Positions 18,364 to 25,934 of a stretch of DNA of 45,091 nucleotides are shown piece by piece. Made by a program: the position numbers and the translations under genes. The notes below the pieces were generated by a model that saw only the letters and a list, made by a program, of their open reading frames with translations, was not told the DNA's origin and ran no database searches. The DNA is from a virus, in the IMG/VR virus record IMGVR_UViG_3300027742_000005, positions 1-45,091 of that record; one strand, 5' to 3'. Every line of letters begins with the position of its first letter. The stretch's first letter is position 1.

Positions 18364-19131
18364 TTAATTATCCCTCATCTTCAAATAATGGAGATTCAAT
18401 TCCTTTGCCAAATCCACAAGAGGAATATTAATAGACATTTTCTTAGCTATATTACATAAAAATCCGATGTCTTTCGGTAAGCATTTACCCCCTGCTCCTC
18501 GATAACCATCTTTATTTGCTATCAGATGCCTTGCATTAATATTTTTATCCATTCCTATTATCTTATAGATATTATTATAATCAGCTTCTAAAGCATTACT
18601 CAAATCATATATCTCTTCTGCGAATACAACCTTTATAGTGGCTAAGGAATTCAAAACTAACTTTGCCAGTTCAGCTTCTACCGGCCTTACCTTTATAAAA
18701 TAATTACAGACTATAGCTTTACTCATTAATTTTAATAAATAAACGAAAGCTTCATTATTCTGTGTACCTATAATTACTTTATCCGGTTCTCTCATATCTT
18801 CGAGTGCCTTCTCTTCTATAAGGAATTCAGGCATAAATACTATTATTCTATTATGTTCCAGAATCAAAGAATCGGTTGTACCCGGTAATACTGTAGTCCG
18901 GAGAACAATTATAGCTTTTTTATTTTCTTTCACTACTCCTTTTACTACTTCTCTGATTAAACTCATATCTTTGCTTTTATCATTTATGCAGATAAAAATT
19001 ACATCTGCATCGGTTAATTCATCATTAAATCCTTTAACGGGGTCATATCTTTTTATGTCCTGAAATTTATCACTAAGTATTTGATATAAAGCATTACCTA
19101 TTATACCCAAACCAATGATACCTATATTCAT
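18364..19131 (-). CDS. UDP-glucose/GDP-mannose dehydrogenase-family protein lacking the C-terminal UDP-binding domain
   Basis: Motifs: MNIGIIGLGIIGNAL (GxGxxG), MPEFLIEEKALEDMREPDKVIIG, AELAKLVLNSLATIKVVFAEEI, GYRGAGGKCLPKD (catalytic-Cys motif, Cys217). Only 255 aa. Confidence 0.7.
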   Translation of the reverse strand: MNIGIIGLGIIGNALYQILSDKFQDIKRYDPVKGFNDELTDADVIFICINDKSKDMSLIREVVKGVVKENKKAIIVLRTTVLPGTTDSLILEHNRIIVFMPEFLIEEKALEDMREPDKVIIGTQNNEAFVYLLKLMSKAIVCNYFIKVRPVEAELAKLVLNSLATIKVVFAEEIYDLSNALEADYNNIYKIIGMDKNINARHLIANKDGYRGAGGKCLPKDIGFLCNIAKKMSINIPLVDLAKELNLHYLKMRDN

Positions 19132-19228
19132 TTTTTCGTCCTTTCGTTATTCATATATAAACTATAGAGTCAAAGTAAAATTTCTCCATTAAGGGTACTC
19201 TACGGCGTTATTCAGGCCTATATAGGAC

Positions 19229-19256
19229 AGGGAGAGCAAAATTTATTACTCCCCCT
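19229..19256 (-). terminator. Hairpin immediately downstream of the capsid gene (8-bp stem with one G-U pair, 12-nt loop), weak U-tract
   Basis: agggagag-N12-ctccccct on the plus strand. An adjacent 10-bp palindrome CCTATATAGG lies at 19217-19226. Confidence 0.4.
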
Positions 19257-19285
19257 ATCTATAATTACATCCTACATCTTAAATA

Positions 19286-20302
19286 TTAAGATACTGGATT
19301 TTCTTTCTCTATATAAGCGACTACAGCTGCATTCTCATCTTCGTAATCGGAATCACCTTCGACAGTAAGCACGAAATCAGTTCTATGCAGTTTAGCTTCT
19401 CTTTCTCTTTCCATTCCTACTTCGAGGAAGATTCCCCAGGCCATATTATCAGGATTTTCGAGCATGCATACAACTCCGGGTCCACCCAAAGCAGTTGTCT
19501 TTGCCCTCTCCAGCATAGGAACTCTTACAATCGGAATACCTTCAAAAGCGAGTGGAACTGCTTTAGTAGTAAAGGTATCACCCAGTGCAGTTTTTCTTGC
19601 TTTTAATAAAGTGCGCCATGCTTTTTCTACACTATAAACAACGTAGAATCTCCAATCAGTTCTACTTCCGAGATACTGTTTAGGAAGTGCATCAAGCATT
19701 GCTTCGAACATATTCTCTGGATAAGTAGCTCCCGCGGGGTCAAAATCCTTACTTGCTCCAACTCCATATACCGCATTAGCAGCCAATTTAATCCATCCAT
19801 CAGTCTTGCTCAATACATGGTCTTGAGCATATGACATGTCAGTATCTGCCAAGAGGAAGAATTCTTCGAGGTCCCTACCAGCCGCTTCTCCAAATAAAGC
19901 AATAAGAGTATCTTCGAATCCACCTTTCTCAATATTTTTCCTTAATGTTTCATCCCGAATAGATGCAATAGCTTGGAAATCCTCTGAATCTAAACGGTTA
20001 GTATTTATTGTAGGTTTGGCAAATTCTGATGTTTCTAATTCCCTGGTATTTCCACTTGCATCTTTTAAACTATCAAGTATTCTTCCGATAAATGCGATCC
20101 TATCAATATCAACTCTATGAGTTTCCATTTTGATATATCGAGCTTCGGGTACTACTACAGTCTTTTCTTGAACTACCCTCACAAATTTATCGAATTTAGT
20201 AGGTTGCAATATAGCTGTACCTAAATCGCTTACTTCCGTAATTCCACCTTTTAAAACATCATCTACTATTTTTAATAAATCTCTGTTACTATATGTTTTC
20301 AT
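19286..20302 (-). CDS. Major capsid protein (HK97-fold type, inferred)
   Basis: 338 aa, SD AAGGAAGG. Follows the protease-scaffold gene, is GC-enriched, and is followed by a strong hairpin. Confidence 0.7.
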   Translation of the reverse strand: MKTYSNRDLLKIVDDVLKGGITEVSDLGTAILQPTKFDKFVRVVQEKTVVVPEARYIKMETHRVDIDRIAFIGRILDSLKDASGNTRELETSEFAKPTINTNRLDSEDFQAIASIRDETLRKNIEKGGFEDTLIALFGEAAGRDLEEFFLLADTDMSYAQDHVLSKTDGWIKLAANAVYGVGASKDFDPAGATYPENMFEAMLDALPKQYLGSRTDWRFYVVYSVEKAWRTLLKARKTALGDTFTTKAVPLAFEGIPIVRVPMLERAKTTALGGPGVVCMLENPDNMAWGIFLEVGMEREREAKLHRTDFVLTVEGDSDYEDENAAVVAYIEKENPVS

Positions 20303-20331
20303 TATTCTATCACCTTCCTTTCTATATTTTA

Positions 20332-22155
20332 TTAATATCTTTTCTTTTTACTTCGACCCATTGCATCCCGATTATCCTCTTCTAATGCTTTTTTGGAATT
20401 TTCTGCTTCTTCTTCCAGAGTGGCATCTCCTTTTATAGCATTAGACTTGCCTTTTTTAACAAGTTTCTCGAGGCCTTCAACCTTTTCGGTAAGACCTTTT
20501 ATCAATTCATCATTAGAGATATCTTTCTTGTCCTTTTCCTCTTTCTCTTTTTTCTCTTTCTCTACCTTTTCCTTTTCTGCTTTAGCTTTTTCTGCTTCTT
20601 TTTCTTCCTCTGTTTTTTCTCCCTTCTCTAATGATTTATCGATTTTTTCTATCTGTTCAGCAATAGGTTTTAATTTCTCATCAATAGTTTTTTCAACTAA
20701 TTCTTTGACTTCTTCATCTTTCATTTCGATATCACCTTCCTTTTCTTTTTTGATTTTGGGTTCTGCCCTCTCCCCTTCGGCTTTTTTTATTAATTTACCT
20801 AAAGATTCCCATGCCTTTTTTAAATCTCCAAAAGTAGATTCTGATATTATTCTACCTTTCTTTTCAGTACCGTTAATCATATCTATCACCTTGCTTATTA
20901 TACTTTTTTTATCTACCTCTTTTTCCTTACTTTTAATAGAAAAGAATTTGGATTTTGGTACGCAGGCCTCATCTACAATACTTACTATTGGTACGAGCCA
21001 ATTATCCCCGAGGTCAGCTATTAAAGTCTTTTTTAAGGATGCAATTAATTCCTTACTTATATCTTTTCCTTTGTTCGCAGTTTCAGTTAATTGCTTTAAT
21101 GCAGTTTCTCTGATTCCCATGATAGAGAATCCGGTAAGTTCTCCACTATCAATCTTTTTCCATACTTCTTCTTTCTTTACTTTAGCACCCATGACCCAAG
21201 TTCCTTCTGGCAATAACATCTTCTTTCCGTATGCCTCAACTTCCCATTCCATTGGTAAGAGATAAGTCTCTATCGGTACCGCCACATTATTAAGTCCATG
21301 CATATAATCTATATTGCCATAATCTTCCATCCATTTATGAGCAACTCTCTCGACTTCCTCTCTAGTTAATATCTTTTCTCCTTTATCAAAATCATAATCG
21401 GGTTCACCCGGTACGAGTACAGCAGCGAATACTATTTTCTGTACATTATCTTTTAATACTATTGGTCCGGTTAATTCAGCTCCTTTACTTGCTCTTTTTT
21501 CTCCTGGCCATTTGCCTTCTGCTTGATAATGCAACCAGGCACATAGGGCTTCGGGGTCAGTTATCCCCGGTTTATCTGATAATGCATCTACGCACGCAGT
21601 AAAACTGCCAGCCCAACTTCCCCAAGTATCAATTATTGATTCTATCCCCTTTACAGTCTCCTTCAATTTCTCCACATTACTAAAATCAAAAGACTCCGAG
21701 AATAACCGTTTCTTCGCGTAAACTTCAGTTACTTCTTTCGGAGTCCCAAATGTGATTTCTCCTTCTTCATTCTTTGAATATAGAATTTCATAAGTACCAG
21801 TACCTTTATCATCACTCGCAATTATTGCATCTTCAAAAGTACATATTACCCAATAATCAGGATATATCATAGATAGACTTCCCCTAAGCTTTTCTTGTTT
21901 CTTCTCCAGACTATCTTTTACATCCCTATCCTTTTTCACATTCATAGGATTGCCTCCTTCCTCATTTATTTTTACCTTACCTTGCCACCCACTTGCCCTG
22001 ATAGCCCGGCCTTGAGCGGCGGCTTTATCTTTTGCTTTTTCTCTGGCACTTTCATTATTACAAGTATAATAATATTTCTTACCAGTACTTCCCCATCGTG
22101 CATAACATTTAGGTTCTTCCTTTTTATTACTATCATATCCTGTATGTACTGGCAT
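20332..22155 (-). CDS. Prohead protease (XkdF-like) fused to a K/E-rich scaffold-like coiled coil
   Basis: The central IVFAAVLVPGEPDYDFDKGEKILTREEVERVAHKWMEDYGNIDYMHG...GTWVMGAKVKKEEVWKKIDSGELTGFSIMG matches the XkdF-type serine protease family. The C-terminal ~170 aa is EKEK-rich. Confidence 0.65.
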   Translation of the reverse strand: MPVHTGYDSNKKEEPKCYARWGSTGKKYYYTCNNESAREKAKDKAAAQGRAIRASGWQGKVKINEEGGNPMNVKKDRDVKDSLEKKQEKLRGSLSMIYPDYWVICTFEDAIIASDDKGTGTYEILYSKNEEGEITFGTPKEVTEVYAKKRLFSESFDFSNVEKLKETVKGIESIIDTWGSWAGSFTACVDALSDKPGITDPEALCAWLHYQAEGKWPGEKRASKGAELTGPIVLKDNVQKIVFAAVLVPGEPDYDFDKGEKILTREEVERVAHKWMEDYGNIDYMHGLNNVAVPIETYLLPMEWEVEAYGKKMLLPEGTWVMGAKVKKEEVWKKIDSGELTGFSIMGIRETALKQLTETANKGKDISKELIASLKKTLIADLGDNWLVPIVSIVDEACVPKSKFFSIKSKEKEVDKKSIISKVIDMINGTEKKGRIISESTFGDLKKAWESLGKLIKKAEGERAEPKIKKEKEGDIEMKDEEVKELVEKTIDEKLKPIAEQIEKIDKSLEKGEKTEEEKEAEKAKAEKEKVEKEKKEKEEKDKKDISNDELIKGLTEKVEGLEKLVKKGKSNAIKGDATLEEEAENSKKALEEDNRDAMGRSKKKRY

Positions 22156-22172
22156 GATAAAACTCCTATAAC

Positions 22173-22202
22173 CAAAAAGAGCCAGTCGGTTAAACTGGCT
22201 CT
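22173..22202 (-). terminator. Rho-independent terminator (AGAGCCAGT-N7-ACTGGCTCT followed by UUUUU)
   Basis: A perfect 9-bp stem at 22178-22186 / 22194-22202, with a T-run on the minus strand at 22174-22178. Lies between the zinc-ribbon gene and the protease-scaffold gene. Confidence 0.7.
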
Positions 22203-22240
22203 CTAAAGGTGCTCTGAAGAGAATAAGGATAAATTATATT

Positions 22241-22426
22241 TTACTTTTTTATCATTTTATCAGTCTTTTTATCTTCTGTCAAGGGAAGTTTAATTTCATA
22301 ATATACATATTCCCCGCATTTAGGACATTTAATCTCAATTATATTCTTATCTATTATCTTAAATAGACAAGCTTTCCCACAATTATTACATCCTACTATT
22401 ACCGCATTTTTACTATGCATTACCAT
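22241..22426 (-). CDS. Zinc-ribbon mini-protein
   Basis: 61 aa, SD TAGGAG. CNNCGK...CPKCGE (CxxC-x19-CxxC). Confidence 0.6.
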   Translation of the reverse strand: MVMHSKNAVIVGCNNCGKACLFKIIDKNIIEIKCPKCGEYVYYEIKLPLTEDKKTDKMIKK

Positions 22427-22428
22427 AA

Positions 22429-23355
22429 TTATACTCCTATCTTTACTAAATCTTCTTCATAAAAGAAATCTCTTCCGGTCGGTGCTTTAAATCCTTCTGG
22501 CATTAAGAAAGGTACTACCCTGCATCTACATTGAATCCATTCAGCTATATCTCCACTTGTATCGAGAGGATGCATTAATCCATTACTGAATGGTTCTCCT
22601 ACCTTTACTATCTGTCCATGTAGATATGTATGGTCTGCTAAATCTGCAGGGTCATTCCCTCTAACTCTATCATCTTGTGCAGTCCACCATTGATGATAAT
22701 CTACTCCCAATTCCTGCTCGGTCATAAATGTAGCTACATTCTGCGCTCCATTTATTTCAGTCCTCGCTACTCTACTTAATTCATAATCAAGCATTGAATC
22801 AAATGTACTATCAAGATTACTCGCGGCCTCAGCTATTCCTAAACCTTCTTCATAACTATCGGCAAGATTAGCCATTACATTATCCGTTATTCTGGCAAGC
22901 GTGGCATCAGAAGCTACAAAGGTTTTATCCTTAATCAATTTTAATATTTCTGGAGAGAATTCGCTAAATTCTACATCTGCTATTTTTATTATCACTCGGG
23001 GTCCCGAGCTTGTCCTTGATTTTTTAGTTTGCTTTTTGATTTCACGTATAGTTTCAGTCCTATGATAGCTTAAAGTCTCCTGTTTATTATCGAATAATGT
23101 ATTACCAAAATCCTCTTTTATGTCACTCAACCCTGATAATAGAGCTTTCCTCTCCATATCACTCGAAGGAACAGTATCTCTCTTCTTCAATTCATTCATT
23201 ATCTTTTTGAACTGCTTACTAAAGAGTTTTCTTAATTCCCTATTTAGTCTGCTCTCTTCCTCAATTATCTTCTTTGGTATCCCTTTGTATATTCCTAAGG
23301 AATTTCGCGTATGCTCTATCTCTATCAGCATCTTTAGGATAGCGTTTTCTAACAT
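22429..23355 (-). CDS. Head morphogenesis protein, SPP1 gp7 / Mu F family
   Basis: The C-terminal SRVARTEINGAQNVATF..YHQWWTAQDDRVRGNDPADLADHTYLHGQIV..IQCRCRVVPF is the family signature. ATG 23355 overlaps the portal gene by 95 nt, so the start is uncertain. Confidence 0.8.
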   Translation of the reverse strand: MLENAILKMLIEIEHTRNSLGIYKGIPKKIIEEESRLNRELRKLFSKQFKKIMNELKKRDTVPSSDMERKALLSGLSDIKEDFGNTLFDNKQETLSYHRTETIREIKKQTKKSRTSSGPRVIIKIADVEFSEFSPEILKLIKDKTFVASDATLARITDNVMANLADSYEEGLGIAEAASNLDSTFDSMLDYELSRVARTEINGAQNVATFMTEQELGVDYHQWWTAQDDRVRGNDPADLADHTYLHGQIVKVGEPFSNGLMHPLDTSGDIAEWIQCRCRVVPFLMPEGFKAPTGRDFFYEEDLVKIGV

Positions 23356-24805
23356 CTTCCATCAACACCTCGATTAATTTATTCTTCAGGCCTTCAAGTA
23401 TATTAACTAATTCTATCTCCGGTACAAAACTACCAGCATCTATTGCTTTACCACTAAGGTAATGCATATCCATAGCAGGATTATCTTCTACTGCTTTAAG
23501 CCCATATCTATTTCCTACATGAGCAATTCCTTGATTCGGGGTCATCATAGCATTTGTTATTAACTTGATACATCTATCAATCTCTTTATCCTCATCTTTA
23601 GTATCTATGCTTACCAATTTCCATATCCAATCTTTGATTTCAAGTGTAGGAAATACAAAGAAATTAATGAATTCTTCGTAGAGTTTCTGTTTAGGAAGTA
23701 TTACTGAATCATTATAAATTACAGTACTTTCCAATCCGAGATTCCCTGCTAATTGTCCGGTCTCATATATTCCCATTCTGTAAGGTGGAGTGGCATGTGC
23801 AGTAATGACTTCATTTCTATTATCAACTCTATATAATCTAAAACTTGCCTCTTTTATATCAGTAGAAATCGGTTTAATATCAATCTTGACTTCACCCAGT
23901 GAACCATCCCTTTTAGGAACTACCATAGTCATAACACTATGAGGATTCTGAGCCATAGCTTTAAATTTTTCTTTGATAGCAGTTTCTAATGGGGTCATCT
24001 TAGTTTTAGGGTCCTCTTTACCCGGTTCGAAATCTCCGGTAATGTAAACTATATATGCAGGTATACCATAATTCTTGAAGAAGGATATATTATAATCCCT
24101 TCTGGAGATATCCCCGGTTATAGCTCCGATCGCAGGAACGATATCAGGCACTCCATAAAAAGTACTTCGAGGATAGTAATTCATAAGCCAGTATATCTCA
24201 GTTGCCCTCTTACTTTTATCCAGAGATTTTTCTTTTAATTCTCTACCATCCTTTTTATCTACATCTTTCTCATATCCGAAATTCCTGAACCAGACTTTTT
24301 TATTATTCCATTTCTGGCAGAATTTATTACCTTGTTTGTGCATTCTTATAGTATATGCAGGTATATGAGTAATCAGACTTACCGGACCATTAAAATCATT
24401 ATTCTCTCTTACTACTTCCAGGCCTGAATATCCGTTAGCTTCATAATCTATACTCGACCTTCTTATGGTTTCTTCTATCGGCATATTCTGATTAGCAAAA
24501 AAATCATTTATCCTTTTCTTTTCTTCTTCACTCGGCTTGTCTACTTTGGATTCAAGTTCCCAGCCCTTCCCGGAAGTATCGTTCGATTTGGTCTTACAAG
24601 CCCTCATGTGATAGGTATTCATCTCCATCAACTTGGCCATGGTTACAGGTTCATATAAGGGTTCTACTAATCCGCTTTCTTTATATTCCTTAGCAAATAC
24701 TTCCTTCTCCAGTTGCTGACTCTTTTCCTCTCTTTGGTATTTTGCCAAGACATCCAAACTTACTACTTCACCTATATTAGTTACAATGCAAAATGGCTTA
24801 CTCAT
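23261..24805 (-). CDS. Portal protein
   Basis: 514 aa, SD AAGGAG, ATGA-coupled to the upstream gene. Lies between the terminase and the gp7-like gene. Core motif YYPRSTFYGVPDIVPAIGAITGD. Confidence 0.8.
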   Translation of the reverse strand: MSKPFCIVTNIGEVVSLDVLAKYQREEKSQQLEKEVFAKEYKESGLVEPLYEPVTMAKLMEMNTYHMRACKTKSNDTSGKGWELESKVDKPSEEEKKRINDFFANQNMPIEETIRRSSIDYEANGYSGLEVVRENNDFNGPVSLITHIPAYTIRMHKQGNKFCQKWNNKKVWFRNFGYEKDVDKKDGRELKEKSLDKSKRATEIYWLMNYYPRSTFYGVPDIVPAIGAITGDISRRDYNISFFKNYGIPAYIVYITGDFEPGKEDPKTKMTPLETAIKEKFKAMAQNPHSVMTMVVPKRDGSLGEVKIDIKPISTDIKEASFRLYRVDNRNEVITAHATPPYRMGIYETGQLAGNLGLESTVIYNDSVILPKQKLYEEFINFFVFPTLEIKDWIWKLVSIDTKDEDKEIDRCIKLITNAMMTPNQGIAHVGNRYGLKAVEDNPAMDMHYLSGKAIDAGSFVPEIELVNILEGLKNKLIEVLMEDVRKRYPKDADRDRAYAKFLRNIQRDTKEDN

Positions 24806-25344
24806 TTTTTATCATCTCCTTTATAAATAACAATAATTTTAGATTTCTTATTCATATCAAATCCTAAATCGAAAAATGCTCTATAGCTCATCTTATAATT
24901 ATTTTTACCAGATGGGTCATGCAAAGTAAATTCTGATTTCACGCTATTAAAACCTATTATAACCCTGCAATGGCTTTTTGTAATTGACATGCTATATTTC
25001 TGTACAATAATCAAAGGGATACACTGCCTCAAATATTCTTCTATCTCTTCTACCTTAATATAACAGAATTTAGATTCATATCCTAATTCTCTGGCATAAC
25101 CAACCATTTTGAATATATTGCTTGTTCCTTCTACCATTATTCTTCTGGCAATTTCTGCTTGAGTGATATTCTCTCCATAATATCTCAAAATCATTGCACC
25201 GGAAGCAGGCAAACACCAATCCTTTCCTTCTGCTTTTTCATAAGGAACGTTTAATAGAATTTCTGTTATATCCTGTTTAGCGGATTTTTTATATCTTGAT
25301 AGAAATATTATAAAAACTATTCCTAAAATTAAAAGAATCCACAT
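24802..25344 (-). CDS. Membrane-tethered papain-like cysteine peptidase (Peptidase_C39-like)
   Basis: N-terminal TM WILLILGIVFIIFL followed by RYKKSAK. DWCLPASGAMILRYYGENITQAEIA supplies the candidate catalytic Cys. KSHCRVIIGFNS..FTLHDPSG supplies the His and Asp. Confidence 0.6.
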   Translation of the reverse strand: MWILLILGIVFIIFLSRYKKSAKQDITEILLNVPYEKAEGKDWCLPASGAMILRYYGENITQAEIARRIMVEGTSNIFKMVGYARELGYESKFCYIKVEEIEEYLRQCIPLIIVQKYSMSITKSHCRVIIGFNSVKSEFTLHDPSGKNNYKMSYRAFFDLGFDMNKKSKIIVIYKGDDKK

Positions 25345-25405
25345 TGATTTTTTCCTTCTTCAATTATATTTTTTATTTTTTCCCTGGGTTTCTACCCTGC
25401 CCGGT

Positions 25406-25492
25406 ACTACGAGTTGTTCCACAACCACCACGCCCTCGGTTAGTTCTATTACCACCACCTGAACCATCTTTTTTTGGTGTTCCTTTTGGCAT
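25406..25492 (-). CDS. Mini-ORF (28 codons as sequenced) encoding a Gly-rich basic peptide; frame ambiguity
   Basis: A perfect SD (GAAAGGAGG) lies 8 nt before ATG 25492. Translation: MPKGTPKKDGSGGGNRTKPRAWWLWNNS. The +1 frame continues as NRGRGGCGTTRSTGQGRNPGKK to 25372. Confidence 0.35.
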
Positions 25493-25496
25493 TGAT

Positions 25497-25682
25497 TTAA
25501 TCCTCCTTTCTTTCTTTTTCATACATATAATATCCTACTGCAATCCATGTCCTTAATTGAAAGCTATCAGAAATACCATATTGCAATCCCATTTTAATTC
25601 TCGCTTCTTCTTGCGATAATCCTTCTTCGGCAAATCCTCTTATGCTCTGATTCACGCTTCGGATTCTTTGAGCATCTATCAT
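25497..25682 (-). CDS. Hypothetical protein (61 aa)
   Basis: ATG 25682 is preceded by AAGGAGAGGAAAG. No family recognised. Confidence 0.5.
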   Translation of the reverse strand: MIDAQRIRSVNQSIRGFAEEGLSQEEARIKMGLQYGISDSFQLRTWIAVGYYMYEKERKED

Positions 25683-25813
25683 CTTTCCTCTCCTTTATCA
25701 TTATATCATCAACCCCATCTACTTTACTCCTGAATGGACTGCATAAATCGAGTTCAGATATAAGATAATAATCTTTAATATTATTTCTTATTATTATTCC
25801 ATAAAACATTGAC

Positions 25814-25870
25814 ATATCCCCAAATCTCTAATTTAAGCACCCTTACTTGCGATTCAGTAAAGTCGCTTAT
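25814..25870 (-). promoter_or_regulatory. Conserved intergenic element, copy A (downstream of terL, upstream of the portal operon)
   Basis: Plus-strand sequence: atatCCCCAAAtctctaatttaaGCACccttacttGCGATTcAGTAAAGTCGCTTAT. It shares a 7-mer, N12, GYAC and a distal 22/25-identical block with copy B. Confidence 0.5.
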
Positions 25871-25934
25871 CTTTATAAGTCTTTTACTCTAAACTCTTCA
25901 TCACAGTAATCCACAGATGATTATTTCCAGAAAA

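Noticed and set aside
20393-21265. 290-aa plus-strand ORF, and all other plus-strand ORFs in the track (for example 315..623, 10106..10369, 13841..14203, 42919..43485, 43528..44127)
   Set aside because: Each lies antisense to a well-supported minus-strand gene. They are F/L/S/I-rich low-complexity translations, lack SD sites, and are kept open simply by the AT-rich or repetitive (KE-rich, 22-aa repeat) coding sequence opposite.
22203-22240. Possible inverted copy of the conserved intergenic element (TAAAGGTGCTCT...AATTATAT on the plus strand)
   Set aside because: Only the GTGC core and a TATAT-like end match. The orientation is opposite, with no plus-strand gene to serve, and the spacing-defined 7-mer is absent.
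25594-25815. 73-aa minus-strand ORF overlapping 25497..25682
   Set aside because: It has no SD, overlaps the better-supported 61-aa ORF (strong SD) by 89 nt in another frame, and its start lies inside conserved element A. It is probably a 5' leader.
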